The notes under the pieces are model-generated. The model was given only the letters and a program-made list of their open reading frames with translations. It did not search any database and was not told where the DNA came from. Shown here piece after piece: positions 1 through 9,464 of a stretch of 64,000 nt of DNA (positions are counted from its first letter, which is position 1; every line of letters starts with the position of its first letter). A program made the position numbers and the translations under genes. The DNA lies in NCBI GenBank assembly GCA_965116985.1, contig OZ220745.1:2691092-2755091 (forward strand). The letters are read 5' to 3'. The stretch comes from Dehalococcoidia bacterium. GTDB taxonomy: Bacteria > Chloroflexota > Dehalococcoidia > Lucifugimonadales > G963668185.

Positions 1-1
1 C

Positions 2-493
2 GGCAAGATCATCGGCGGCGGCACGCCCGTCGGAGCCTTCGGCGGCCGGGACGAGATCATGGCGCTCTACGATCCCACACTCCCGGGAACCAAGATCACG
101 CACGGGGGCACATTCAACGCCAACCCCATCACGATGGCTGCCGGCGTGACCGTCCTGGAGCACATGACGCCCGAAGTCTACGATCGCATGAACGCGCTCG
201 GTGAGGACCTGCGTAGACAGCTTCGCGCCGTCTTTGACGAGGCTGAAATCGAGGCTCAGGTCACCGGAGTCGGCTCGTTCTTCGGTATCCACTTCACTGA
301 CGAAGAGATTGACGGCTACGGCCCGGTTGCCAGGGCCGACAAGACGATGGGCAGCGCATTCTTCATGGGCCTGGTCAACGAGGGCATTCTCGTTCAGGGC
401 CGATGCCACGGCTCCCTCAGCGCCCTCACCACGCCCGAGGAGGTCACGGCGCTGGTAGATGCCGCCCGAAGAGTCGTTCAGCGAATCAAGTAG
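2..493 (+). CDS. class-III PLP aminotransferase, glutamate-1-semialdehyde 2,1-aminomutase-like. C-terminal part only, 5' end lies outside the window
   Basis: The frame is open from nt 2. GKIIGGGTPVGAFGGRDEIMALYDP...GTFNANPITMAAG resembles the C-terminal half of GSA-aminomutase/omega-aminotransferases. Stop at 491-493. Confidence 0.75.
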   Translation, partial: GKIIGGGTPVGAFGGRDEIMALYDPTLPGTKITHGGTFNANPITMAAGVTVLEHMTPEVYDRMNALGEDLRRQLRAVFDEAEIEAQVTGVGSFFGIHFTDEEIDGYGPVARADKTMGSAFFMGLVNEGILVQGRCHGSLSALTTPEEVTALVDAARRVVQRIK

Positions 494-520
494 CCTGCGC
501 CCTCCGGCGAACCTGCGACG

Positions 521-1318
521 CTAGGAGCCCTCGAATCGGGGCGCCCTCCTCTCGAGAAACGCCGCGCGGCCTTCCCGGTAGTCGGCGCTGTCGAATGCGG
601 CGTACTGGATCGCCTCCTGCTCCGGCGTAAGCTCGGCGATGTCGGTCACGCCGTCCTGGGCTCGCATCATCTCCTTGTGGAGCCGGTGAGACAGTGGCGA
701 AAGCCGCACGATACTGGCAACCAGGTCGTCGACGCATCGCTCCAGTTCGTCCCGCGCCACCACTCGCGTGACTAGCCCGATCCTTTGCGCCTCCGCCGCG
801 TCCACTAGCCTGCCGGTAACCAGTAGGTCCTTGGTGTTGCCATAGCCAATTAGCCTCACGAGCCGTCGCATCTCGTCATAGCTGACTAGGATCCCTAGCC
901 TCGCCACCGGCATCCCGAAGGTGCTGTCTTCGGTGGCAACTCTGATGTCGCAAGCAGCCGCCAGGTCGCAGCCCCCGCCGACGCAATACCCGCGGATCGC
1001 CGCCACCGTAGGCTTGCTCAGCCGCTCCACCGCCGCCAGCGCCCCGTCGATCGCCTCCCCGTAAGTCTGCGCTTGCTCGGAGTCGTTTCGCACCTGCTCG
1101 AACTCGGAGATATCGGCCCCCGCAGAGAATGCCCTGTCGCCCGCCCCCGAGAACACAACCGCTCGGACCTCGTCATCCTCATGGATGTCCGCCGCCAGAG
1201 CCCAAAGCGCGTTCCACCCATCGAGGCCAATGGCGTTCCGCCGCTCAGGCCGGTTGATCGTCACGAATGCGACGCATTCACGACGCTCAACTCCGAACAT
1301 CCCGTACGTGGTCTTCAT
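521..1318 (-). CDS. enoyl-CoA hydratase/isomerase (crotonase) family protein
   Basis: VAFVTINRPERRNA...VVFSGAGDRAFSAGADI...TVAAIRGYCVGGG crotonase signature. Start moved to ATG 1318 (MKTTYG), because the longer ORF N-terminus is Arg/Ser-rich junk. Confidence 0.85.
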   Translation of the reverse strand: MKTTYGMFGVERRECVAFVTINRPERRNAIGLDGWNALWALAADIHEDDEVRAVVFSGAGDRAFSAGADISEFEQVRNDSEQAQTYGEAIDGALAAVERLSKPTVAAIRGYCVGGGCDLAAACDIRVATEDSTFGMPVARLGILVSYDEMRRLVRLIGYGNTKDLLVTGRLVDAAEAQRIGLVTRVVARDELERCVDDLVASIVRLSPLSHRLHKEMMRAQDGVTDIAELTPEQEAIQYAAFDSADYREGRAAFLERRAPRFEGS

Positions 1319-1340
1319 CGATGCAGTTGAAGTGGTCTCG

Positions 1341-2312
1341 CTATCGGGCCGCGGCCGTCTCAGACTCGTGGATCGAACCCGGCAGTCCTTCCCGCAGCAG
1401 CTCCACGTGCTGCAGACCAACGCCGCAGCACCCCCCGATGATCTGCGCCCCCATGCCAACCCACTCACGTGCATTCCGCAGGTAGTCGGCCGGTGAGGTC
1501 ATCTCCACGTACTGCCAGTTTGGTCTGACCCAGTACCCTGAGTTGGCGTATGCCCCGGTCGTTCCTGTCCAGGAGGGCTTGGCAGTTTGCAGTCCGGGCC
1601 CGGTGCTCTCGACCTGCGAGTGAAAGACGAGCAGTGCCGAAGGGCCTTCCATCGCTGCGATCTTATCGACAGCCTCCGCGAATGTGATGTCGTCCACCCG
1701 CGCAGCCCGTTGGGAGAACGCCTCTCTGTCCCCATAGAGTACTTCCTGGCTGCCGTCCTCGATCATGCAGGTCACGCTTAGCCAGGCGGGCATGTTCGCT
1801 TCCGCAGCGAATCGACCCGCCGCCTCAACGCGGTCTATGCTCGTGGCCAGCATCTCAAGAAGCAGCAGGTCGACGCCGGCCTCAACGAGGATGCGGGTCT
1901 GCTCTTGGCAGCTCTCTATCACATCTGCTGGGGCGAACTCGGAACCGGCCCCCATCACGGACACCGAGCCGGCAACGTACACGGGACGGTCGGACGGCGT
2001 GCTCTCCCTCGCCTCAAGTGCAAGCTCCACGGTCCGCATGTTCCAGTCGCGCGTCCGGGCTTCGAAGCCGCCGTGCTGGATCACGTGCCTGGCAGCCATG
2101 TAGGTGTTGGTCGTGATTACGTCCACGCCCGCCCGGATGTAGTCCTCGTGGAGCTGCCTCACGCTTGCGGGATGAGTCTCGTTGGCGCTGGCCGCCCAAC
2201 AGTGGTAGTCCATCGGCACGCCCATGCGCTGCAGTTCGGTGCCGATTGCCCCATCGAGAATTATGACGTCACCGTCGTCAATTCGAAGCTGGAGATCGGA
2301 ATAATCTGGCAT
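1341..2312 (-). CDS. homocysteine S-methyltransferase domain protein
   Basis: VIILDGAIGTELQRMG N-terminus and C-terminal GGCCGVG zinc-ligand motif. ATG at 2312. Lies 22 nt upstream of the crotonase gene, so probably one operon. Confidence 0.8.
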   Translation of the reverse strand: MPDYSDLQLRIDDGDVIILDGAIGTELQRMGVPMDYHCWAASANETHPASVRQLHEDYIRAGVDVITTNTYMAARHVIQHGGFEARTRDWNMRTVELALEARESTPSDRPVYVAGSVSVMGAGSEFAPADVIESCQEQTRILVEAGVDLLLLEMLATSIDRVEAAGRFAAEANMPAWLSVTCMIEDGSQEVLYGDREAFSQRAARVDDITFAEAVDKIAAMEGPSALLVFHSQVESTGPGLQTAKPSWTGTTGAYANSGYWVRPNWQYVEMTSPADYLRNAREWVGMGAQIIGGCCGVGLQHVELLREGLPGSIHESETAAAR

Positions 2313-2426
2313 GGCTCACCCCTTCCGAAGGCCGCGGCTGGAACTTGTGGCGATGTTATCACGGGACGCTGTTTTCCCAGTCCAAATGCCCTCAGAATCG
2401 GTATGCCCACTAGCATGGAAACTGCA

Positions 2427-2455
2427 TTGACCTTATCTAGGCCTCTACCTATAAT
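2427..2455 (+). promoter_or_regulatory. sigma70-type promoter for the DUF1800/DUF1501/NHL cluster
   Basis: TTGACC (2427-2432), 17-nt spacer, TATAAT (2450-2455), about 70 nt upstream of ATG 2527. Confidence 0.55.
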
Positions 2456-2526
2456 CGCGAACGGTGGGGAAGGGCTGTGTCGGACTTTTGAGAGGCAGAA
2501 CTGGTTGTCCACTCTGGGAGGCTGGC

Positions 2527-3927
2527 ATGACTGACGAGAAACTCGCATTGATGGGTCACCTGATGCGTCGGGCCGGGTTTGGGGCCACTCGGACGGAGCT
2601 TGAAGGACTCACTTCAAAGGCCTACGAAGACGTAGTAGAAGAGCTCCTGCATCCCGAGCGATTCCCCGACGTCGAAGAGGACGTACTCAAGCGCTACTAC
2701 GCGGCGCTCAACTCGTGGGAACCTCTCTTCACCTGGTGTGGCCGCTGGTTGTACCGCATGATCAACACCAGGCGCCCGCTCGAAGAGAAGATGGCGCTCT
2801 TCTGGCACCACGTGTTTGCCACCGGCTACAACAAGAGCGAGCATACTCCAACGCTCGTCACCCAGATAGACTCCTTCCGCCAGAACGGCATGAAGGACAT
2901 GAAGACGATCCTGATGGATCTGTCTCGCGATCCTGCCATGATCGACTGGCTCGACAACAATGAGAACCATCGAGATGCTCCCAACGAGAATTACGGCAGG
3001 GAGCTGCTCGAGTTGTTCTCAATGGGAGTCGGCAATTACACCGAGTACGACATCAAGAACGCCGCCCGAGCCTTCACCGGCTGGACGATGCGGCAGGTCA
3101 TCCCTCTGTACCCGCACGGCCACCACGTCCCTGAGTTCGTCTACGACGAAGAGGACCATGACGACAGCGAGAAGGAGTTCCTCGGGCGCAAGGGCAGGTT
3201 CAACGGCGAAGACATCATTGACATTATCTTGGAAGAGCCGGCAACGGCCCGGTTCATCTGCAGACATCTCTACAACTTCTTCGTAGCCGATGAACCGCAG
3301 GTCCCCGCTTGGGAGACCGTGCCTCCGCAGGACCCGGAGGCAATTGAGACCCTCATGAACTCCTTCACGGAGTCGGGCTACTCGATCAAGGCCGTCCTGC
3401 GGACGCTGTTCAACTCAGACTTCTTCAAGCAGGCCCGCTACAAGAAGGTGAAGAGTCCAACCGAGTTGGTAGTTGGAATCGTACGCCTGACGGGCGAGCA
3501 TCGCTTCCCCGAGCCCGGCCTGGTGGACCTGGACACCGCCACGATGGTGATGGGTCAGAGGTTGATGGACCCGCCTACCGTGGAAGGCTGGCATACGGGC
3601 AAGGAATGGATCGACGGCGGCACACTGAACGAACGCGTCAACTTCGCGGTCGACAGGGTGGGCGACGTCGAGAAGCCGGGAATCAGAGACATCGTGGACG
3701 CCCTGGGTTCGGGTGGCTCGCTTTCGCCCGAGGACGTAGTCGAGGGCTGCCTGGAGCAGCTCGGCGCAATCGACGTAGGGCAGGACACGCGCCAGGCTCT
3801 CATGCACAACGCCGCGGCTGGCGGCTCCCTGAGCTTTGACACCGAGGAAGAAAGACAGAAAAGCGTGGAACGCATCCAGAGGACGCTTCAGTTGATCGTG
3901 GCGTCCACCGAGTTTCAATTCGCGTAG
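2527..3927 (+). CDS. DUF1800 domain-containing protein
   Basis: HLMRRAGFGAT...FWHHVFAT...ENYGRELLELFSMGVGNYTE is typical of DUF1800. GGGAGG lies 6 nt before ATG 2527. Confidence 0.8.
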   Translation: MTDEKLALMGHLMRRAGFGATRTELEGLTSKAYEDVVEELLHPERFPDVEEDVLKRYYAALNSWEPLFTWCGRWLYRMINTRRPLEEKMALFWHHVFATGYNKSEHTPTLVTQIDSFRQNGMKDMKTILMDLSRDPAMIDWLDNNENHRDAPNENYGRELLELFSMGVGNYTEYDIKNAARAFTGWTMRQVIPLYPHGHHVPEFVYDEEDHDDSEKEFLGRKGRFNGEDIIDIILEEPATARFICRHLYNFFVADEPQVPAWETVPPQDPEAIETLMNSFTESGYSIKAVLRTLFNSDFFKQARYKKVKSPTELVVGIVRLTGEHRFPEPGLVDLDTATMVMGQRLMDPPTVEGWHTGKEWIDGGTLNERVNFAVDRVGDVEKPGIRDIVDALGSGGSLSPEDVVEGCLEQLGAIDVGQDTRQALMHNAAAGGSLSFDTEEERQKSVERIQRTLQLIVASTEFQFA

Positions 3928-3970
3928 GGTCTGAAGGATAGCCGCGGCAGGATTGCCCAGGAGGAGATCG

Positions 3971-5110
3971 ATGGCAAAGAACGGCAACGGCAAAGACCCC
4001 GTCCTCGTAGTCATTCAGCTTACGGGCGGGAACGACTTCATGAACACCGTCATCCCTTACACCAATCCTGTCTACTACGACGCGAGGGGAACGACGGCGA
4101 TTCCGGAGGGAGAGTCCCTCCCGATCGACGACACACTGGCGTTCCACCCGTCGGCGGCGCCCTTGAAGGACCTGTACGAGGCGGGCGACGTCGCCGTCAT
4201 CCAGGGCATCGGCTACCCGAACTCCAGCAGATCGCACTTCCGCGCCATGGACATCTGGCACACCTGCGAGCCCAACGAAGTCGGCACTCAGGGCTGGCTC
4301 GGCCGGGCGACTGAGATTCTCGACCCTAATCAGGAGAACGTACTGACCACCGTGAACTTCGGCCGTGGCATGCCGAGGGCGCTGGCCAGCCCCGGAATCC
4401 CGATCACATCCGTCGGAGACCTCGACACCTACGGACTGATGTCCGGCATTTCCGATGTCGAGCAGCGGACCGAAGCGCTGGACATCTTCAAGCAGATGTA
4501 CGGCCCTGCAATCGGGTCCGGCCCGGTGGCCGACTACCTTGCCCGCACCGGCTTGGACGTCATCAAGGGCGCCGACGAGATTAAGGTCGCTCCAGACCTG
4601 TACGAGTCGACCGTCGAGTACGCAACCAACCCGATCGCTAAGAGCCTACGCGACGTGGCGCGAGTGCACCTGGCGGGCCTGGGCACTCGGATCTTCTACA
4701 CGCAGCACGGCGGCTACGACGTACACGCCAACGAGAACCCGACCCAGCCCAGGCTGCTCTCCGAGTTGACTGGCGCCATCTCCGACTTCATGCAGGACCT
4801 TAGGGAACACGACGCGGCTGACGAAATCGCGATCCTCGTGTTCACCGAGTTCGGCAGGCGTATGAGGGACAACGGTAGCGGTACCGACCACGGCTCCGGC
4901 GGCGGGGCGTTCATCATCGGCGAGAAAGTGGAGGGCGGCTTGTACGCCGAGTACCCGTCCCTCGAGCCGAGCGAATGGCTGAACGGCGAAGACCTGAAGC
5001 ACACCATCGACTTCCGCGGCATTTACGGCACCATGCTCCAGCAGTGGATGGACATCACGCCGAACGAGATCGTTGGCGGAGACTTCGAGCAGATCAACCC
5101 GTTCAGGTAA
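3971..5110 (+). CDS. DUF1501 (sulfatase-like fold) domain-containing protein
   Basis: LVVIQLTGGNDFMNTVIPY...RSHFRAMDIWHT...TEFGRRMRDNGSGTDHG. GGAGGA precedes ATG 3971. This is the usual DUF1800-DUF1501 gene pair. Confidence 0.8.
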   Translation: MAKNGNGKDPVLVVIQLTGGNDFMNTVIPYTNPVYYDARGTTAIPEGESLPIDDTLAFHPSAAPLKDLYEAGDVAVIQGIGYPNSSRSHFRAMDIWHTCEPNEVGTQGWLGRATEILDPNQENVLTTVNFGRGMPRALASPGIPITSVGDLDTYGLMSGISDVEQRTEALDIFKQMYGPAIGSGPVADYLARTGLDVIKGADEIKVAPDLYESTVEYATNPIAKSLRDVARVHLAGLGTRIFYTQHGGYDVHANENPTQPRLLSELTGAISDFMQDLREHDAADEIAILVFTEFGRRMRDNGSGTDHGSGGGAFIIGEKVEGGLYAEYPSLEPSEWLNGEDLKHTIDFRGIYGTMLQQWMDITPNEIVGGDFEQINPFR

Positions 5111-5146
5111 GCGGCGCACTCAGCGAAGGCAAGCGAGGTTTCGACC

Positions 5147-6160
5147 ATGGGCAGACCATACGCATTGCTCAGAGCCGGTTTCCCGTACTTCAAGACCATC
5201 GGCATGAGGAGGACCACAAACTTCCCGATGGACTTTGCGAGGTCCTCGGACGGCACCTGCTTCATTCTGGGCAGGGGACAGGCCGCCAGTGAGATTCGTA
5301 GGCTCTCGTGGGAAGATGACAACCTGGGCGCGATATCCGGCCTCGGCACGGATGAGGGAAAGATCTACTGGCCGGCCAGCATGGTAATCGACGATGAGGA
5401 CGTGATCTTCGTGTCCGACGAAGCAACTCATCGCATCTCGAAGTTCGACGCCGAAGGCGAGTTCATTGAGTGCTGGGGCGAGCATGGCAGTGGTGAGGGT
5501 TCGCTGGACCGCCCGGCAGGCCTCGCCCTGGACGCCGATCAGAACCTATACGTCGCGGACGGTCTGAACCATCGCATCCAGCTTTTCACCCGGGGCGGCG
5601 AGTACATCAGGTCCTTTGGGGAGCAGGGCAGCGGTCCGGGCCAGTTTGACATGCCGTGGGGTGTGACCGTCGACGAAGAGGGTTACGTCTACGTGGCTGA
5701 CTGGCGCAACGACCGGATCGTTAAGCTGACCCCTGAAGGCGACCCTGTGATGTGCATCGGGAAGTCCGGCTCCGAGGACGGCCAGTTCAACAGACCTGCT
5801 GGCGTAGCGGTGGATGCGCACGGTGACATCTACGTAGCCGACTGGGGCAACGACCGCGTCCAGTTGTTCGACCAGACCGGCAGATTCGTGGAGAAGTTCA
5901 TCGGCGATGCCACGCTTTCCAGGTCCGGCGTCTCATACATGATGACGAACGCCAAGCCAATGCGTCTCAGGGAGATGGCTCGGCTGGAAGAGCAGAAGCG
6001 CTTCGGTAGCCCTACGTCCGTGTACGTGGACGATGACTTCCATATGTTCGTGACGGACTATGCCAGGTATCGGGTGCAGATCTACAAGAAGGAAGCGTAC
6101 CCGCTCACAGAGGCGGAGATCATCCCGCCTCTGAACGCCCCGACCCTTCAGACCACCTGA
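5147..6160 (+). CDS. NHL-repeat beta-propeller protein
   Basis: Repeated (F)xRPxGxAxDxxGxxYVADxxNxRIxxF units, for example DRPAGLALDADQNLYVADGLNHRIQLF and FNRPAGVAVDAHGDIYVADWGNDRVQLF. Confidence 0.8.
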   Translation: MGRPYALLRAGFPYFKTIGMRRTTNFPMDFARSSDGTCFILGRGQAASEIRRLSWEDDNLGAISGLGTDEGKIYWPASMVIDDEDVIFVSDEATHRISKFDAEGEFIECWGEHGSGEGSLDRPAGLALDADQNLYVADGLNHRIQLFTRGGEYIRSFGEQGSGPGQFDMPWGVTVDEEGYVYVADWRNDRIVKLTPEGDPVMCIGKSGSEDGQFNRPAGVAVDAHGDIYVADWGNDRVQLFDQTGRFVEKFIGDATLSRSGVSYMMTNAKPMRLREMARLEEQKRFGSPTSVYVDDDFHMFVTDYARYRVQIYKKEAYPLTEAEIIPPLNAPTLQTT

Positions 6161-6337
6161 CCCGTAGCTGGGCTTTAAGTCCGGGCATCCTCCCTCCGAG
6201 GTGTGGTTCGACGCCCAATTTGGTGGGTCGAACAGCCCCGTCACGGCCCCCTCTCATATATAATTCGGGGCGCATCTGCGGATGCTTGGGCACGTTCCAT
6301 GTGCCCTGACTCAAGCCTGAATTCTTCGGGGACAACC

Positions 6338-7282
6338 ATGGCTCAGTTCGAGAATCTCAGCGTGTTCAGCGGCAACGCCCATCCCGAGTTGGCCGGCGAT
6401 ATCTGCGGCTATCTTGGGATGACGCTCGGGAAGTGCGACGTCTCCAAGTTTGCGAACGACAACACGTTCGTCAGGATCATGGAAAACGTCAGAGAGCGGG
6501 ACGTCTTCCTCGTCCAGCCGTCCGCCGTGCCCGTCGATCAGAACATCATGGAACTGCTCATCATGATCGACGCCGCCAAGCGTGCGTCCGCCGGGCGCAT
6601 CACGGCCGTTGTTCCCTTCTATCCATACGGCCGTTCAGACAAGAAGGACCAGCCTCGCGTCCCGATAACCGCTCGGCTGGTGGCTAACCTCATAACGACC
6701 GCCGGCGCCGACCGCTTGCTGACGATTGACCTCCACGCCGGACAGATCCAGGGCTTCTTTAACATCCCGGTCGATGAGTTGACCGCCGTGAGGCTGCTCT
6801 CGCGCTACTTCCAGGACAAGGGACTCGACGATCTCGTGGTCGTCGCGCCGGACGTGGGCGGGACCAGGCTGGCGAGGGAGTTCGCCGACCATCTGAACGC
6901 GCCCATTGCCATCGTGGAGAAGCAGCGCTTCGGCAACGACGACAGGTCCAGAGCGCGCAACCTGATCGGTGACGTAGACGGGCGTCCGGCCCTCATCGTT
7001 GACGATGAGATCGTCACCGGCGGCACGGTAATCAACACCATGGAAGTGCTGCGGGCGCGCGGTGCCGAGGCAGTCTACTGCGCGGGCACGCACCCCGTGC
7101 TTTGCGGTGACGCGGCAGACAATCTGAGGTGCCTGGATGAGGTCGTCGTAACCGATACGCTGGCGCTGGCCGATGAGCAGCGCTTCGAAAACCTTACCGT
7201 TCTCTCAGTGGCGTCGCTGCTAGGCGAAGCGATCCACCGCATCCACAGCGGCCTGTCTGTAGGAGCGATGTTCGAGAAATAG
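6338..7282 (+). CDS. prs: ribose-phosphate pyrophosphokinase
   Basis: LSVFSGNAHPELA...DLHAGQIQGFF...LIVDDEIVTGGT. Start placed at ATG 6338 (MAQFENL). Confidence 0.9.
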   Translation: MAQFENLSVFSGNAHPELAGDICGYLGMTLGKCDVSKFANDNTFVRIMENVRERDVFLVQPSAVPVDQNIMELLIMIDAAKRASAGRITAVVPFYPYGRSDKKDQPRVPITARLVANLITTAGADRLLTIDLHAGQIQGFFNIPVDELTAVRLLSRYFQDKGLDDLVVVAPDVGGTRLAREFADHLNAPIAIVEKQRFGNDDRSRARNLIGDVDGRPALIVDDEIVTGGTVINTMEVLRARGAEAVYCAGTHPVLCGDAADNLRCLDEVVVTDTLALADEQRFENLTVLSVASLLGEAIHRIHSGLSVGAMFEK

Positions 7283-7294
7283 GCCCCTGGCCTA
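7280..7294. terminator. short palindrome joining the convergent stop codons of prs and the S9 peptidase gene
   Basis: TAGGCC-cct-GGCCTA. The TAG of prs and the CTA (TAG on the minus strand) of the peptidase form the stem ends. There is no U-tract. Confidence 0.3.
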
Positions 7295-9295
7295 CGCCTT
7301 CAGGTACTTCTCGAACCACCGCAGGATGTGATTGAGTCGGCTGATCCTTCGGTCGGTGCGTCCTCCTCGAGAGAGACCGTGCGACTCCTCCGGAAAGCGG
7401 ACCAGTTCGGTATCCACGCCCAGTCGCTTTAGTGCCGTGAAGAGCTGCTCGCCCTGAGAAATCGGACACCTCAAGTCGTTCTCGCTGTGAATGATCAGAG
7501 TGGGAGTTCGAGCGTTTCCTATGTAGCGCAGCGGTGACTGCCTCCAGTAGCTCTCGAAGTCTTCCCACGGAGGTTTACCGCTGAAGACGTGCTCCCACGT
7601 CCAGCCCGTGTCGCTGGTGCCGTAGAAGTCCACCAGGTTCACAACGGAGCGTTGCGTGACCGCCGCCTTGAAGCGGTCCGTGTGTCCAATGATCCAATTG
7701 GTCATGAAGCCGCCGTAGCTGCCTCCGGTAACGCCCATTCGGTGTTCGTCGATGTAGGGCAGGTCCTGCACGTAGTCGGCCCAGGCCATCAGGTCTTCAT
7801 AGTCGGGCCCGCCCCAACGCTCTCGTATTGCGCTTGCGTGGGATTCACCGTAGCCGCGGCCTCCCCGGGGGTTGCAGAAATAGACAACGTAGTCGTGGGC
7901 GGCGAGGTACTGGAACTCATGCATGAAGACGTTGCCGTACTGCGCCCAGGGGCCGCCGTGGATCTGCATGATGGACGAGTATTTTCTTGTCGAGTCGAAG
8001 CCCGGCGGTTTGAGTATCCAGCCCTGTAGATCGACCCCTGCCGGGCCCGGAAACCACACCTCATCCACTTCGCCGAAATAGAGTCTGCTCAGTAGTTCAT
8101 CGTTGTGAGAGCTGACACGTCGCTGCGTGCGGATGTCCAGACTAAGCGAGTGGACCTCGCCCGGGCTGCGCTCAGAGACATCCACCCATGCAGCCGTCGA
8201 TCGGCTTTGGTCGAAGTCGAACTCGCCGGCGATGGCGTCGCGGTCGATGACAGCTTCCAGCTCGCAGTCCAGCGTCACGGAGCAGAGCTGCGTCCGTCCC
8301 TTGCTTGTGACCTGAAAGTAGACTCGCTCGGAGTCCGGCGTCCACACTGGTCTGGTGCTTGGTCCGTCTCCGCGTTCGCTGATGGTGTCGTTTCCAATCG
8401 ACACGTCGAACGCGGCCGTCAGACTTCGGGCGGGCTCTGAGCCGTCCATGGAAGCGAGCCAGAGTTCGGCATTCTTCCACGGGCTGTCGGCGCTCTCCGT
8501 GCCAACGTACGCCACCCACCCTCCGCTCGGTGAGACGCTTGGAAGAGCCTTCGGACCGCCGGGGGCTTCAATGCGCTGAATGTCACCGCCGGAAGCAGGT
8601 ACCGAGAACAGCTCCATCTCGTCGGGCCTGAGGTCCGCCTCGTCGCAGCGGTTGGACACAAAGACGACTCGTTCTCCGTCGGGCGTCCAGCAGGGGCTGT
8701 GCTCGTCGTAGTCGTCTCCGCTCGTGAGTTGGCAGAGGGATCCGGTGCTTACTTCTGCGGTCCACAAGTGTTGTCTGCTGTTGGGCCAGAAGCCGACGCC
8801 ATCCAGACGGTAGTACACTCGCTTGATCCACCGCTCCACCGGGACACTTGCGTTCTCCTCCTCGGAAGCGCCCTCTTCGGTCTCATCCGAGTCCTCCAGG
8901 CGAAGCTCGAAGACGATGCGTTCGCCGTTGGGTGACCAGTCGAAGCTGCCAATCTGTCCCTTCAATCTGGTCAGTTTCCTCGCTTCCCCGCCGTCGAACG
9001 GAATCAGGTACAGCTGCCTGATTCGTCCGTCTTCCCTGTCCGACAGGAACGCCAGCTGCGAACCGTCAGGGGAGAACTTCGCCCCGCTATCGGTCCAATC
9101 GCCCGCGGTGAAAGGGTGGCTGCTCTCACCATCGGTGCTGGCAAGCCAGATGTCCGAGTAGGTCTTCTTGCTGTTCTCGCAAACTCTCCGCACCGTGTAT
9201 GCGACGTGTCTGCCGTCCGGAGACACGTCGCATCCAGCGACGTTACGGAGACCGTAGAGGTCTTCCCCGCTGGTCCGTCTCAGTTCGTTGTTCAT
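7292..9295 (-). CDS. S9 family serine peptidase (prolyl oligopeptidase / acylaminoacyl-peptidase-like)
   Basis: N-terminal beta-propeller (WSPDG/FSPDG repeats). C-terminal GGSYGGFMTNW nucleophile elbow, then ...SENDLRCP... and ...EESHGL. Start moved to ATG 9295 (MNNELRR), preceded by GGAG. Confidence 0.85.
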   Translation of the reverse strand: MNNELRRTSGEDLYGLRNVAGCDVSPDGRHVAYTVRRVCENSKKTYSDIWLASTDGESSHPFTAGDWTDSGAKFSPDGSQLAFLSDREDGRIRQLYLIPFDGGEARKLTRLKGQIGSFDWSPNGERIVFELRLEDSDETEEGASEEENASVPVERWIKRVYYRLDGVGFWPNSRQHLWTAEVSTGSLCQLTSGDDYDEHSPCWTPDGERVVFVSNRCDEADLRPDEMELFSVPASGGDIQRIEAPGGPKALPSVSPSGGWVAYVGTESADSPWKNAELWLASMDGSEPARSLTAAFDVSIGNDTISERGDGPSTRPVWTPDSERVYFQVTSKGRTQLCSVTLDCELEAVIDRDAIAGEFDFDQSRSTAAWVDVSERSPGEVHSLSLDIRTQRRVSSHNDELLSRLYFGEVDEVWFPGPAGVDLQGWILKPPGFDSTRKYSSIMQIHGGPWAQYGNVFMHEFQYLAAHDYVVYFCNPRGGRGYGESHASAIRERWGGPDYEDLMAWADYVQDLPYIDEHRMGVTGGSYGGFMTNWIIGHTDRFKAAVTQRSVVNLVDFYGTSDTGWTWEHVFSGKPPWEDFESYWRQSPLRYIGNARTPTLIIHSENDLRCPISQGEQLFTALKRLGVDTELVRFPEESHGLSRGGRTDRRISRLNHILRWFEKYLKA

Positions 9296-9394
9296 AAGGG
9301 ACTCCGCTGATTGTTCAACGTACGGCATTATAGAGAGTCGTCCCTGCGCCAACGTGTGGCCGAAGGCGGCTCCGGGCTGCACCTCAATTGGCAT

Positions 9395-9403
9395 TGATAT
9401 AAT
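9395..9403 (+). promoter_or_regulatory. candidate extended -10 promoter element for secA
   Basis: TGaTATAAT at 9395-9403, about 60 nt upstream of ATG 9465. The -35 is weak. A TATAAT also lies on the minus strand at 9327-9332, facing the peptidase gene. Confidence 0.4.
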
Positions 9404-9464
9404 CTGGGGGCAGGCTTTGGCTGATGGAAGATCGGCCAGGGAACGGAGAGTCACTTACAGAACC

